41,459 bases of DNA from assembly GCA_002254545.1 (NCBI GenBank), contig NJEA01000001.1, positions 1-41,459 of the forward strand, written 5' to 3'. The notes below the pieces were generated by a model. It saw nothing but the letters and a program-made list of their open reading frames with translations. It was not told the DNA's origin and made no database searches. Source of the stretch: Candidatus Aenigmarchaeota archaeon ex4484_224. GTDB lineage: Archaea; Aenigmatarchaeota; Aenigmatarchaeia; CG10238-14; EX4484-224. Below, piece after piece: positions 9,885 to 18,900 of this stretch. The position numbers and the translations under genes were made by a program. Each line of letters starts with the position of its first letter. The first letter of the stretch is position 1.

Positions 9885-10496
9885 ATGGATAAAAAGAAAA
9901 TTGAAATTTTACTTTCGAAAACAAAAGAAATTAAAAAACCAAAAATTTTTTTAGAACAATATACAATTTCTTCTAGCTTAGCAGCAGAAATTTTAAATTT
10001 TGCTTATTTGCATAGAGATTTAAAAAATAAAATAGTTGTTGATCTTGGATGTGGAACTGGAAGATTAGCAATTGGTTCTTTCTTTTACAAAACAAAAATT
10101 TCAATTGGAATTGATATAGATAAAGAAGTTATAAAAATTGCAAAAGAAAATGCAAAAAAATTGAAAGTAAAGGTTTATTTTCTTCTAGCAGATATTCAAA
10201 AAATTAATTTGAAAAATGTTGATACAATAATTCAAAATCCTCCGTTTGGAACTAGAAAAAAACATTATGATTTAATTTTTCTAAAAAAAGCATTTGAAAT
10301 GGCTAAAGTTGTATATAGTTTGCATAGCTATAGTGAAAAATCAATAGATTTTTTAGAAAATTTTGCAAAAAGATTTAATTTTAAACTAGACAAAGCAATT
10401 AAACTTAAATTTAAAATCAAACATTCGTATAAATTCCATAAAAAGCCTGTTAAAAGCTTTGATGTAATGCTTTTAAGATTTCAAAAGTTTTTTTAA
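9885..10496 (+). CDS. METTL5-family N6-adenine RNA methyltransferase
   Basis: LEQY, DLGCGTG, QNPPFG, YSLH and FHKK motifs. Confidence 0.88.
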   Translation: MDKKKIEILLSKTKEIKKPKIFLEQYTISSSLAAEILNFAYLHRDLKNKIVVDLGCGTGRLAIGSFFYKTKISIGIDIDKEVIKIAKENAKKLKVKVYFLLADIQKINLKNVDTIIQNPPFGTRKKHYDLIFLKKAFEMAKVVYSLHSYSEKSIDFLENFAKRFNFKLDKAIKLKFKIKHSYKFHKKPVKSFDVMLLRFQKFF

Positions 10497-10928
10497 CTTT
10501 CTATCAAAAGTTTTAATTTCTTTAACAATTTCTTTCTCATTTTTTATTAATCCAAATAAAATTAATTTAAAATGACTTTTGAGCAAACCTCTATGTTTTT
10601 TAATTTTTCTATATTTAATACCAATCTCTCTTTCAAATCCTTCTAAAAATTTTTCTTTTATTTCTTTCCTCAATTTTTCAAACTTAATCACTTTACTTTT
10701 TCCTTTTTTAGTTAAAGAATAAACAATTATTTTATCTTTCTTAGAACTTTTTACTAAACCTTCTTTTTCCATCTTTCTAAGCAAAGGATATATGGTTCCT
10801 GGAGAAGGTTTCCAAAATTTTGTTCTTTTCTCGATTTCTTTAATTATTTCATATCCATGCATTCTTCTTTTGTTTAGAATAGCTAGAATCATAGCTTTAA
10901 GAAAACCTCTGAATACAATTTTTTTCAT
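10473..10928 (-). CDS. PadR-family transcriptional regulator
   Basis: MHGYEIIKEI...WKPSPGTIYPLL...YSLTKKG. Confidence 0.92.
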   Translation of the reverse strand: MKKIVFRGFLKAMILAILNKRRMHGYEIIKEIEKRTKFWKPSPGTIYPLLRKMEKEGLVKSSKKDKIIVYSLTKKGKSKVIKFEKLRKEIKEKFLEGFEREIGIKYRKIKKHRGLLKSHFKLILFGLIKNEKEIVKEIKTFDRKLKKLLKS

Positions 10929-10930
10929 AA

Positions 10931-10953
10931 AAATATATCGAAACGATATATTT
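10931..10953. promoter_or_regulatory. Putative PadR operator: perfect inverted repeat AAATATATCG-AAA-CGATATATTT, abutting a TATA-like box (TTTAAATA, 10951-10958)
   Basis: Perfect 10-bp inverted repeat in the 54-bp gap between padR and the divergent ABC operon. Confidence 0.7.
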
Positions 10954-10982
10954 AAATAAATTTTCTAACACTATCATAAATT

Positions 10983-11666
10983 ATGAAGCCTTTAATTTCT
11001 CTAAGAAATGTTTGGAAAATTTATGGAAAAGGAACAAAAGTTTATGCCTTGAGAAGTGTAAATTTTAAAGTTTATCCAAATGATTTTATTGCGGTCCTTG
11101 GACCTTCTGGTTCTGGTAAATCAACTTTGTTGCATATAATGGGAACTTTAGATATACCAACAAAAGGAGATGTTTTCATTGATGGAATAAACATTTCAAA
11201 ATTAAGTGAAAAAGAACTTGCAGAAATAAGAAGAGAAAAAATTGGTTTTGTTTTTCAATTCTTTTATCTTTTTCCAACTTTAACAGCTTTAGAAAATGTA
11301 ATGCTTCCCATGACATTTTTAAAAATACCTAAAAGCGAAAAAAGAAAAAGAGCCCTTGAATTATTAAAATTAGTTGGGTTAGAAAAAAGAGCAAATCATT
11401 TACCCAATCAACTTTCTGGTGGAGAAAGACAAAGAGTTGCTATAGCAAGAGCTTTAGCAAACAATCCGAAAATTGTTTTGGCAGATGAACCAACAGGAAA
11501 TTTAGATTCAAAATCTGGTAAAAAAATTCTTGAGTTACTTAAAAAGCTAAATAAAGAAAGAAAAGTTACAATAGTTTTGGTTACTCATAACTTAGAAATG
11601 GCTAAATTTGCAAAGAAAAAAGTATTTATAAAAGATGGAAGAATTTTAGAAGGGAGAAAAAGATGA
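10983..11666 (+). CDS. ABC transporter ATP-binding protein (MacB/LolD type)
   Basis: GPSGSGKST, LSGGERQRVAIARAL, LADEPTGNLD and VTH. Confidence 0.95.
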   Translation: MKPLISLRNVWKIYGKGTKVYALRSVNFKVYPNDFIAVLGPSGSGKSTLLHIMGTLDIPTKGDVFIDGINISKLSEKELAEIRREKIGFVFQFFYLFPTLTALENVMLPMTFLKIPKSEKRKRALELLKLVGLEKRANHLPNQLSGGERQRVAIARALANNPKIVLADEPTGNLDSKSGKKILELLKKLNKERKVTIVLVTHNLEMAKFAKKKVFIKDGRILEGRKR

Positions 11667-12796
11667 AGATAGAAAAAGTTTTGTTTGCATCAATTATAAT
11701 GATTTTGTTTTTAGTTCAGACTGCAAACTCTTCTTCACTTCAAATTTCATACTCTTTAAAAGATTCCTCAATTTACACAAATTCACAAACAACACTTTTA
11801 ATTCAACTAACAAATCTTGCAACTAATGAAATAAAAGATATAAAAATAACTCTTTTTTCAGATTCTTTAGAAATTTCTCCACAATTTCTTACAATTGATA
11901 AACTTTCTCCTTCAAACTCAATAGAATCATCTTTTATAATTAACTCAAAGTATTCAAAAGAAACCAGCTATAAAACAATCACTTTAACAATAGATTATAA
12001 AATTGAATCAAATAGCTATGAAAAAACAATTGTAATTCCAATAAAAGTTATTTCTAAACCAAACTTAGATCTTGTTTTAACTTCAAACAATTCAATTCAA
12101 CCAAATGAAGAAAAAGAACTCATTTTTAATTTAATAAACAATGGAGATGGGATAGCTAGAGATGTTCAAATAACATTTAACCAATCTTCTTTAATCTTTG
12201 AACAAACTTCAATTTTCATAAAAGAAATTCAACCAAACGAACAAATACCGATAAAAATTAAAGTAATTCCAAATCCAGATGTATATCCAAATTTATACCA
12301 AATTCAAGCTTTATTGACTTATTTTGATTCTTCAAGAACAATTTCTTTTTCTTCACAAAAATTAATTCCAATAAAAATTTATGAAAAACCAAAAATTTTA
12401 ATAACTCTTGAAAATTTAGATATACAAAATGATAAAGGATATATAGAAATTAAAATTTCTAACGCTGGGAAATCAAAAATTTTCTACGCTAAAGCAGAAA
12501 TTAATTCTTCTCTGCCATTAAAATCTTCAAATATAATTTACATTGGAAATATAGATCCAGATGATTACGATATAGAAAGAATTGAATTTGTTCCAACTTC
12601 GAACAAAAATCAAATCCAAATAAATCTAAGCTTTCAAGACGTTTTTGGAAATAACTATAATTTAGCAAAAACTTTCTATATCGAGATCACAAAAAAAGAA
12701 AGTAAAAACTATTCAATCTACTTTTTAGCTCTAATAATTTTAATTCTTATAGCAATTTTCTTTGTTTACAAAAAAATTAAGAAAAAGAGAAAATGA
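11663..12796 (+). CDS. Membrane-anchored extracellular Ig-like (COG1361/CARDB-like) accessory protein
   Basis: Signal peptide, three beta-rich repeats (N.G...A..v.i pattern), C-terminal TM helix and basic tail; lies between the ATPase and the permease. Confidence 0.7.
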   Translation: MKIEKVLFASIIMILFLVQTANSSSLQISYSLKDSSIYTNSQTTLLIQLTNLATNEIKDIKITLFSDSLEISPQFLTIDKLSPSNSIESSFIINSKYSKETSYKTITLTIDYKIESNSYEKTIVIPIKVISKPNLDLVLTSNNSIQPNEEKELIFNLINNGDGIARDVQITFNQSSLIFEQTSIFIKEIQPNEQIPIKIKVIPNPDVYPNLYQIQALLTYFDSSRTISFSSQKLIPIKIYEKPKILITLENLDIQNDKGYIEIKISNAGKSKIFYAKAEINSSLPLKSSNIIYIGNIDPDDYDIERIEFVPTSNKNQIQINLSFQDVFGNNYNLAKTFYIEITKKESKNYSIYFLALIILILIAIFFVYKKIKKKRK

Positions 12797-14037
12797 TTCT
12801 AGAAATTTTATCTTTAATTTTTAAAAACTTAAAACAAAGAAAAGTTAGAACTTTTCTAACTTTGCTTGGAATTATAATTGGAATTGCTGCTTTGGTTGGA
12901 ATGGTTGGAGCAACAAAAGGAATTAATCAAGCAATTTATGAACAATTAAAATCTTTTAGATCAGATTGGATAATTGTTTTACCTGGAAAATTAAAATTCG
13001 GTTTTATGCCTTCTTTTTCTTCTTCCATTTTACCCCTTCTTTCAGATAAAGATATCCAAGCAATAGAAAAAATTCCAGGAGTAAAAATGGCAATGGGAAT
13101 TTATGTTAAAACTTTGCCAATTACTTATAAAAAGGAAACCCTCTATTTACAAGTTTGGGGAGTAGATCCAGAAAAATTTAAACAAATTGATACTTTGGGA
13201 ATTTGGAAAGGAAGATATCTTTCTTCAAAAGATAAATATTCAGTCATTTTTGGATATCTAGCTGCTAACGATTTATTTGAAGAAAAAATTCGAGTAAAGA
13301 AAAAAGTTTTAATCGATAACAAAGAGTTTGAAGTTGTTGGCATAAGAAACAAATATGGAGGTTTACTTTCTCAAACTGAAGATGAAATAGTAATCATTCC
13401 TTTGAAAACAATGGAAAAAGATTTTAGTCATACAAAAGGTATATATCGAATGATTGTTGCTAAAATTGATTCTAATGTTAATCCTAAAGAATTAGAAGAT
13501 AAAGTTAAGTTTGCTTTATGTCAAGAAAGAAAAAATTGTGGAAATGAAGATTTCTTCTTAATTACTCCAACATTTGTTCAAAAAACAATTTCCCAAATTT
13601 CTTTTTTATTAACAACAATGCTCGGAGGAATTGCAAGTATTTCTTTAATTGTTGGAATGATTGGAATTGCAAATACTATGTATACTTCAGTTTTAGAAAG
13701 AACTAGAGAGATCGGAATTTTAAAAGCAATTGGATTTAGTTCTAGAACTATTATGATAATGTTTATGTTAGAATCAGGAATAATAGGTTTAATAGGTGGA
13801 ATAATAGGAATTATTTTGGGATATGGATTGGGAGAAGGATTTTTAGTAATTAGAAATTACATGACGATTTCTTCTGAACTTGTTCAACATCGACCAACAA
13901 CTGCCCATATGGTTTTATCTTATGATTTGATAATAGAAAGTCTGCTTCTTTCTTTTTTTGTTGGAATTTTAGCTGGAGTTTTTCCTGCAAGAAAAGCTGC
14001 CAAACTTCCAGCTGTAGAGGCTTTGAGATATGAATAA
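12793..14037 (+). CDS. ABC transporter permease (MacB/FtsX type)
   Basis: RTFLTLLGIIIGIAA, GIANTMYTSVLERTREIGILKAIG and PARKAAKL.AVEALRYE. Confidence 0.95.
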   Translation: MILEILSLIFKNLKQRKVRTFLTLLGIIIGIAALVGMVGATKGINQAIYEQLKSFRSDWIIVLPGKLKFGFMPSFSSSILPLLSDKDIQAIEKIPGVKMAMGIYVKTLPITYKKETLYLQVWGVDPEKFKQIDTLGIWKGRYLSSKDKYSVIFGYLAANDLFEEKIRVKKKVLIDNKEFEVVGIRNKYGGLLSQTEDEIVIIPLKTMEKDFSHTKGIYRMIVAKIDSNVNPKELEDKVKFALCQERKNCGNEDFFLITPTFVQKTISQISFLLTTMLGGIASISLIVGMIGIANTMYTSVLERTREIGILKAIGFSSRTIMIMFMLESGIIGLIGGIIGIILGYGLGEGFLVIRNYMTISSELVQHRPTTAHMVLSYDLIIESLLLSFFVGILAGVFPARKAAKLPAVEALRYE

Positions 14038-14038
14038 T

Positions 14039-14422
14039 TCATCCAAAATATTGTGAATAAAGCTTATATCTTGATGAATTTAGATATAATTCAAAACTTA
14101 CATTCCTTTGAACTGAATTACAAACCAAAATGTTATAATTTAAAACTATTTTCATTCCTTTTGAAACTCCATAATCTTCCACAAAATTTTTAAATTCTTC
14201 TAAATTCCAACTTAAATCATTACAATCTTTTGATTTTTTAACAACTTCTATTGATTTTTTGTAAATGTTGTTAAAAACAAAAATTTCATCGTCTAAAGCA
14301 ATTTGAGAAATATCTATCATTCTTAAAGGAATTATTTGTTTACTAATTAAATACATAGCTCCAATTATAACAACAGCACTTAAAATAAAAAATTGACCTT
14401 TATAATTCGATAATTTGCGCAT
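14039..14422 (-). CDS. Hypothetical protein with class III (pilin-like) signal peptide
   Basis: N-terminal KG/QFFILSAVVIIGAMYL fits the archaeal prepilin cleavage pattern. Confidence 0.55.
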   Translation of the reverse strand: MRKLSNYKGQFFILSAVVIIGAMYLISKQIIPLRMIDISQIALDDEIFVFNNIYKKSIEVVKKSKDCNDLSWNLEEFKNFVEDYGVSKGMKIVLNYNILVCNSVQRNVSFELYLNSSRYKLYSQYFG

Positions 14423-14705
14423 GCTTAATTCCCTTAAATTCTATTACATTTTCTTTCTCTATAAGATTTTCTCTAATTGCAATTTCAACTATTTTATTTC
14501 CAAATAAATTTGCAATAGTAGCTTTTTTAATCAACTCAATAGCATTTTTTTCATCTATTAATTTTCCACCATAAAATTCTTCGCTTATTTCAATTTCAAA
14601 ATTTTCTTTAATTTTTATTTTTTTACCAAGCAATTCCTCGTCACAAATTGCAACAACTAAATCATCTTTGATTTCATGAATTTTTGCCCAGAACAAAAAT
14701 TTCAC
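14400..14705 (-). CDS. DUF424 family protein
   Basis: VVAICDEELLGK, EEFYGG, ATIANLFG and HAQI; lies next to aIF2-beta as is usual for this family. GTG start. Confidence 0.9.
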   Translation of the reverse strand: MKFLFWAKIHEIKDDLVVAICDEELLGKKIKIKENFEIEISEEFYGGKLIDEKNAIELIKKATIANLFGNKIVEIAIRENLIEKENVIEFKGIKHAQIIEL

Positions 14706-14824
14706 CTAATATATCCTAGCAAAATTAAAATAATTAAAATTACTGGAATTAACATCAAAATAATCCAAACAACTAAAGAAAATTTATAAACTCTATCAAT
14801 GATTTTTTCCCATCTACTTTTCAA
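14702..14824 (-). CDS. 40-aa single-pass membrane microprotein (MKSRWEKIIDRVYKFSLVVWIILMLIPVILIILILLGYIR), absent from the ORF track
   Basis: Its TTG start overlaps the aIF2-beta stop (TTGA) and its TGA overlaps the DUF424 GTG start (GTGA), so it fills the gap exactly. Confidence 0.7.
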   Translation of the reverse strand: MKSRWEKIIDRVYKFSLVVWIILMLIPVILIILILLGYIR

Positions 14825-15231
14825 ATTTTCTCTATTGGATATTTTGCCCCGCATGCTTCACACTTTATAAACCAAATTCTTCTTTCTTTGACAATTTTTG
14901 TATCTGGCTGTCCACAAACTTTACAAATAACATATTCTTTAACAAATTTTTCTAACTTCTTTTGAACATTCGTAAATTGTAAATTAGATTGAAATATTAA
15001 AAATTTTCCTTGTTCATAAGCTGGGGATGCTAACTCTCTAGATAAAAATCTAGCAACTAATCTCTTATCTCTTTTCAAATATTCACAAATTTCTTCAAAA
15101 TTTCTTAAAATTGTTTTTCTTCCTTGATATTCTAAATTAACTACTGGCATTTGAAATCTCTTAGTTCCACTAACTTCTTTTCCAGCACTTTCTCTAGCCT
15201 TTTTTAACAATTGAAAATAATCAAATTCCAT
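14821..15231 (-). CDS. eif2b: Translation initiation factor 2 subunit beta
   Basis: KRFQMP, TILRNF, RELAS and a zinc ribbon (CKVCGQPDT...CEACGA). Confidence 0.95.
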   Translation of the reverse strand: MEFDYFQLLKKARESAGKEVSGTKRFQMPVVNLEYQGRKTILRNFEEICEYLKRDKRLVARFLSRELASPAYEQGKFLIFQSNLQFTNVQKKLEKFVKEYVICKVCGQPDTKIVKERRIWFIKCEACGAKYPIEKI

Positions 15232-15241
15232 AACCTATTTT

Positions 15242-15970
15242 CTACTTTTTAATAATTTTAAATTTACCTGGCAATGGTTCAAAAATAATTCCTTCATTCC
15301 AAAGCTCTTCAATTATTTCTTCTATTTGATTTTCTGGTAAATCTAAAACTTCAAATATTTTACCAATTTCAACACCTTCTCCTTCATCCAAATTTTCTAA
15401 AATCTCAACAATTTTTTTCTTATAATCTTCTTTTCCAACAGAAAATGAAAGCAAATATTTTAAACTTTCTTCATCAATTCCATATCTTTGCTTAGCATAA
15501 TTTAAAACATTTTCAAACTCAAGCTTTTCGGAAAGTTCTTTTAATTCTTTTGCAATTTTTTGTTTTTCTCTTAAAATTTCAACTATTTCAGCTTTCCTAT
15601 GAACTTCTTCATTTGGATCTTCCACTTTTCTTATTATTTCCAAATTCACATAATTTTCCCCATTAAAATTTCTTATTCTTCCAATAATCAAAACCAAATC
15701 ACCAATTTCAAATTTATTTGCTAAGCTTGCTTTTTCTTTAAATGCCTTAACTCTTATTGCTTCTGTTCCATCGTCTAAAACAAAAGAAAGATAACTTCCA
15801 TCTTCACTTAAAAATTTCTCAGTAATAGTTCCAATTATATTAACTCTTGAAATTTTTTCTCCATATGGAGTTATTAAATAAGATGGGATTCTTTTTTCTT
15901 GATCTCCAGCTACAAATTTTCCATTAACTATATCCACAATTCTAACTTTTTTTGCAGTTAATCTTTCCAT
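15242..15970 (-). CDS. RPA32-like OB-fold plus winged-helix ssDNA-binding protein
   Basis: SRVNIIGTI, LDDGTEAIRVKAF OB fold and C-terminal wH (EGIIFEP.PG). Confidence 0.8.
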   Translation of the reverse strand: MERLTAKKVRIVDIVNGKFVAGDQEKRIPSYLITPYGEKISRVNIIGTITEKFLSEDGSYLSFVLDDGTEAIRVKAFKEKASLANKFEIGDLVLIIGRIRNFNGENYVNLEIIRKVEDPNEEVHRKAEIVEILREKQKIAKELKELSEKLEFENVLNYAKQRYGIDEESLKYLLSFSVGKEDYKKKIVEILENLDEGEGVEIGKIFEVLDLPENQIEEIIEELWNEGIIFEPLPGKFKIIKK

Positions 15971-15972
15971 GA

Positions 15973-18900
15973 TTACAACCTACTTAAAACTCCAGGCTTT
16001 GGAGAATAGAGATATCCTTCTCTTTGCATTTTCCTCAAAATTTCTTCAACATCATCTATTCCTTTTTCCTTAGCAACTCTAATAATTTCATCTTGAGGAA
16101 TTTCCTTTCCAAAAACATTTTCCAAATCTTCAATTATACTTAGAATTGTTCTAATCTTTCCTCTTTGAGTAGCTGTAAATTTAGCACCTTCTGCTTTATC
16201 TATATCTATTTGACCAGTTTCTGGCTCGAAACCAAACTGCCTTAAAGAAACACTCATTAATCTAATAGCTCTCAAAGCATCTTCTTTTGTAACATATTCT
16301 CTTAATTGAATTCTAGCAGAAGCTTCAGCTAATCTCATTAGAGCATCGTATTGTCTAGGAGTAATAGCTATTGGACTTTCTCCACCAGATTTTTCTCTTA
16401 AACTTAAATAAAATTCTTTTAAAACTTGAGCAGCTTCTTCTGTCATTTTTGGTTTAACTTTACTCCTTGCATAAGCAATATATTTTCTTAACAAATCTGG
16501 AGGAATTGGAGGCTTAACCTCTTCATCTTTTCCAAAATATCTTGTTTTAAGGATATGATCTGCTAATTTTGCATCAACATCTGGATTTGGAATATCTCTT
16601 AAAGCAAACTTTAAATCAAACCTTGAAAGTAAAGTTTCAGGTATATCTACTTGATCTCTTACAGGCAAATAAGGATCGAATCTTCCAAGTTTTGGATTTC
16701 CTCCAGCCAAAATTGCTGTTCTTGCAGGTAAAGTAGCTACTATACTAGCTTTTGCTATACTGATAGTATTATGCAATATTAGTCCGTGAGAAATAAACTT
16801 GTGTGTTTGTACAGTAACATCATAAACCCAATCGGTTTTGTATTTTCCTTTATTTGGTATTTTTCTAACTTTTTTAATTCTTAGCCATCTATAATTTTCA
16901 AGTTGTTCAAGTGCTTCTAATTCTTTAAGCTTAGTTTCAAGAAAATTTCTTAGGGAAGATAAAATTCTTTCTTCAATCATTTTTCTTTTTCTTTCAGTAT
17001 AACCACCATAGAAAAAATATTTGATAGAAGATTCATTAAGATTTGAAATTTTCGAAATTAAATTAAAAGAAAAGTTTAGTTCTTTTTTTAACTTTTTCAA
17101 ATTTCCTTTCTCAATCAATTCAATTCCACTTCTAATTTTTTTAGCTATGTTTTCATAAATTTTTGAGAATCTTTCTTTTGTAATTCCATAGTTTAGTTCA
17201 ATGTTTTTGTTTAAACTTCCATCATACATCCTGAAAATTTTCAAAATATCTCTTAACTTTCTTGCAACATATGTTGGAAGTATATCATGATGTCTTATCT
17301 TTTTTCTTTTAATGTCTTTATTTTCAAAAATCTTTGAAAATATAGGTATAGAATCCCCTGTGACATATAATTTCCAATATGTTCTTCCAAATTGTTTAAA
17401 TTCATGAATTCTTGAAAAAATTTGTAATTTAAGTAGTAAATCTTGAAGATCTTCTACCAATTCTCTAGAAGAAGATGTATAAGATGGAATTTTCTTAGAA
17501 CTTCCATCTCCTAAAAACATTGCTAAAATGAATTCTTTTACCAAGTTTTTATTTAACGAAAATACAACTTTTGGAATTCTTTTAAACTTAGACAATTTCA
17601 TTAATTCATCAAAATTTTGCTTCATCCATAGATACACATCTTTCGAAATAATCCTGAGTGTTCTGTTTCTGTCTGTATAATCCATTGGAGTTATAGAAAA
17701 AGTTTCTTTTATCGTAGAAATTATTCTATTTGATAAAATAGGTGAAGAATTGGAAATTCCAACTTCATAAGAAGAACCTTTGTATGAATAACCTTCACTT
17801 ACAAAAAATCCTAGAAATCGAGATAGTGAAGGTGCGACTTTGGTTGGAAGATTAATTCTTTTCCTACCAGTTTTGGTAATCCCTTCCAGAATTTGATCAC
17901 TTGAAAATATTTCTAAATTTCTAACTCCAGGAACAAATAAATCTTTAGTTATTTTATTAGCTTCCTCAGTCATTATCTTACCATTTTTAAAAATAAAAAC
18001 TGGATGTTCTGGTGTCACTAAAATTTTTCTACCATTAGAATATGTTATTTCTATAAAATAATCTGGAGCTTTATGTCTGCTAACCCTTAAAACCTTTACT
18101 GGTGTTATTTTTTTGCCATCATAATCTAAAAGTTTGAAGTTAAGATTAGATACATCTAAAATTTCACAATTTATTCCTTCTACAATTCTATTTTTGTATT
18201 TTTTCATCAAATCTTCTACAAAATCTCCAATTTTATGCTTACTACCATCTGCAAACATTATTTCAAAACTTGGATGATAGCTTTGCTGCTCCATCGCTTC
18301 ATGCAAAGCAACCTGATCCTGTTTATCAACTTTTTCAAATTCATCTATAGCACATAAACTACCATTAGCTAAAACTAAAGCTCCAGCTTCTAAAACCCAA
18401 CCTCCTAAAAATTCTTCATCTCTTACAACAGTCGCTGTTAAACCAGCATAAGTAACTCCTTTTCCAGAAACATATCTTCCTCTTGGTATTAACCCTGCCA
18501 CAACTCTCATCAAAGCCGATTTAGCTGTATTATGAACAACAATTCCGTTCGCAACAAATCTCTTATATTTTGGAACTTCTATATCATAAACAGTTTCTGG
18601 AGGATGATAAACAATCTTTACAACCCTTTCCCACATTTTATTATGTCTTCTATGCTTGTATCTCTTGAGTAACTTAAGCAATTTTTTAAGTTTTTCTTTT
18701 TTCTTCTTAGAGTTAAATCCTATATTTTTTGCAAATTTCTCTATTGAATTTGCTTGTCTAATCATTAGGTTATTCCCATATATCCTAGAGTGAATTCCGA
18801 ATCTTAATAATAGAATTTGAATATCTCTTAAAAGCTCTATGTTTTTTGATTTGAATAAAATTCCATTCTTTCCTCTCCCCCCAGCTATTACTGAACCATC

